Origin: an uncultured Planctomycetia bacterium
GTDB taxonomy: Bacteria > Omnitrophota > Gorgyraeia > Duberdicusellales > 4484-171
DNA: 64,000 bases
Assembly: GCA_964590995.1 (NCBI GenBank)
Contig: CAZPYY010000001.1
Coordinates: 762-64,761, forward strand
Reading direction: 5' to 3'
DNA letters: not shown here
Below: more notes on this DNA, generated by a model
The model's database searches: none
What the model saw: the letters and a program-made list of their open reading frames with translations, nothing else
What the model was told of the DNA's origin: nothing
How positions within the stretch are numbered: the stretch's first letter is position 1

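Noticed and set aside
26385-63000. Dozens of 60-130-aa ORFs on the + strand (e.g. 26385..26714, 28033..28392, 44853..45242, 50377..50742, 61131..61523) antisense to the giant gene
   Set aside because: All lie opposite a continuous 37.6-kb minus-strand ORF with strong domain content. They have no recognisable motifs and are the length expected by chance in AT-rich antisense frames.
30860-63551. The recurring 13-mer (ACCGGCGAGCTGG / CGGGCTGCTGGA) considered as a CRISPR array or REP/MITE-type intergenic repeat
   Set aside because: Spacing is irregular (0.25-3 kb). Every copy is in-frame inside one ORF and always encodes SSSP, so it is a coding junction motif, not a CRISPR repeat or mobile element.
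26433-64000. Giant ORF as an assembly chimera or collapsed repeat
   Set aside because: Internal repeats are diverged (75-85% identity) rather than identical. The junction motif appears in two position-specific nucleotide variants. Domain content is non-redundant. Sequencing confirmation is still advisable.
1-64000. Search for tRNA, rRNA, tmRNA or RNase P genes in the few intergenic gaps
   Set aside because: Gaps are short (under 120 bp), AT-rich and lack cloverleaf-compatible GC-rich stems; no RNA genes can be supported.

Overview
Low-GC (~35%) bacterial window in which every confident gene is on the minus strand. (1) Positions 137-25,000 hold about 30 tightly packed housekeeping genes: tatD, metG, yaaT/PSP1, holB, tmk, cysS, ispF, ispD, a PIN/TRAM yacL-like gene, radA, mlaDFE, clpC, mcsB, mcsA, ilvE, lolD plus an FtsX-type permease, lysS and oppBCDF. 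The Firmicutes-like order (mcsA-mcsB-clpC ... radA-yacL-ispDF-cysS, and tmk-holB-yaaT-metG-tatD) sits beside diderm-type Mla and Lol systems. (2) Two small PilZ-domain genes and a four-TM membrane protein lie at 25,073-26,417. (3) From 26,433 to the window edge (>37.5 kb) runs one uninterrupted minus-strand reading frame of at least 12,518 aa whose 5' end lies outside the window. This giant gene is the main finding. It is a mosaic of more than 25 enzyme-like modules: two GT35 alpha-glucan-phosphorylase-like regions, a trypsin-like protease, a GT4 glycosyltransferase, tandem LOG/PpnN-like domains, a kinase-like region, a sigma-70 region-4-like HTH pair, a radical-SAM CxxxCxxC module, at least five class-I methyltransferase-like modules, an LMW-PTP-like CX5R module, an arginase-fold-like module and a C39/papain-like peptidase. 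It also has internal transmembrane segments, a lipoprotein-signal-peptide-like internal segment, E-Z/PBS-lyase HEAT repeats and a Pro/Tyr-rich C-terminal tail. The modules are joined by about 31 copies of an 'SSSP[V/I]' junction peptide. That peptide is encoded by a GC-rich, nucleotide-conserved 11-13-mer occurring in two position-specific variants, a pattern I do not recognise from any described system. No rRNA, tRNA, CRISPR array or transposase was found.
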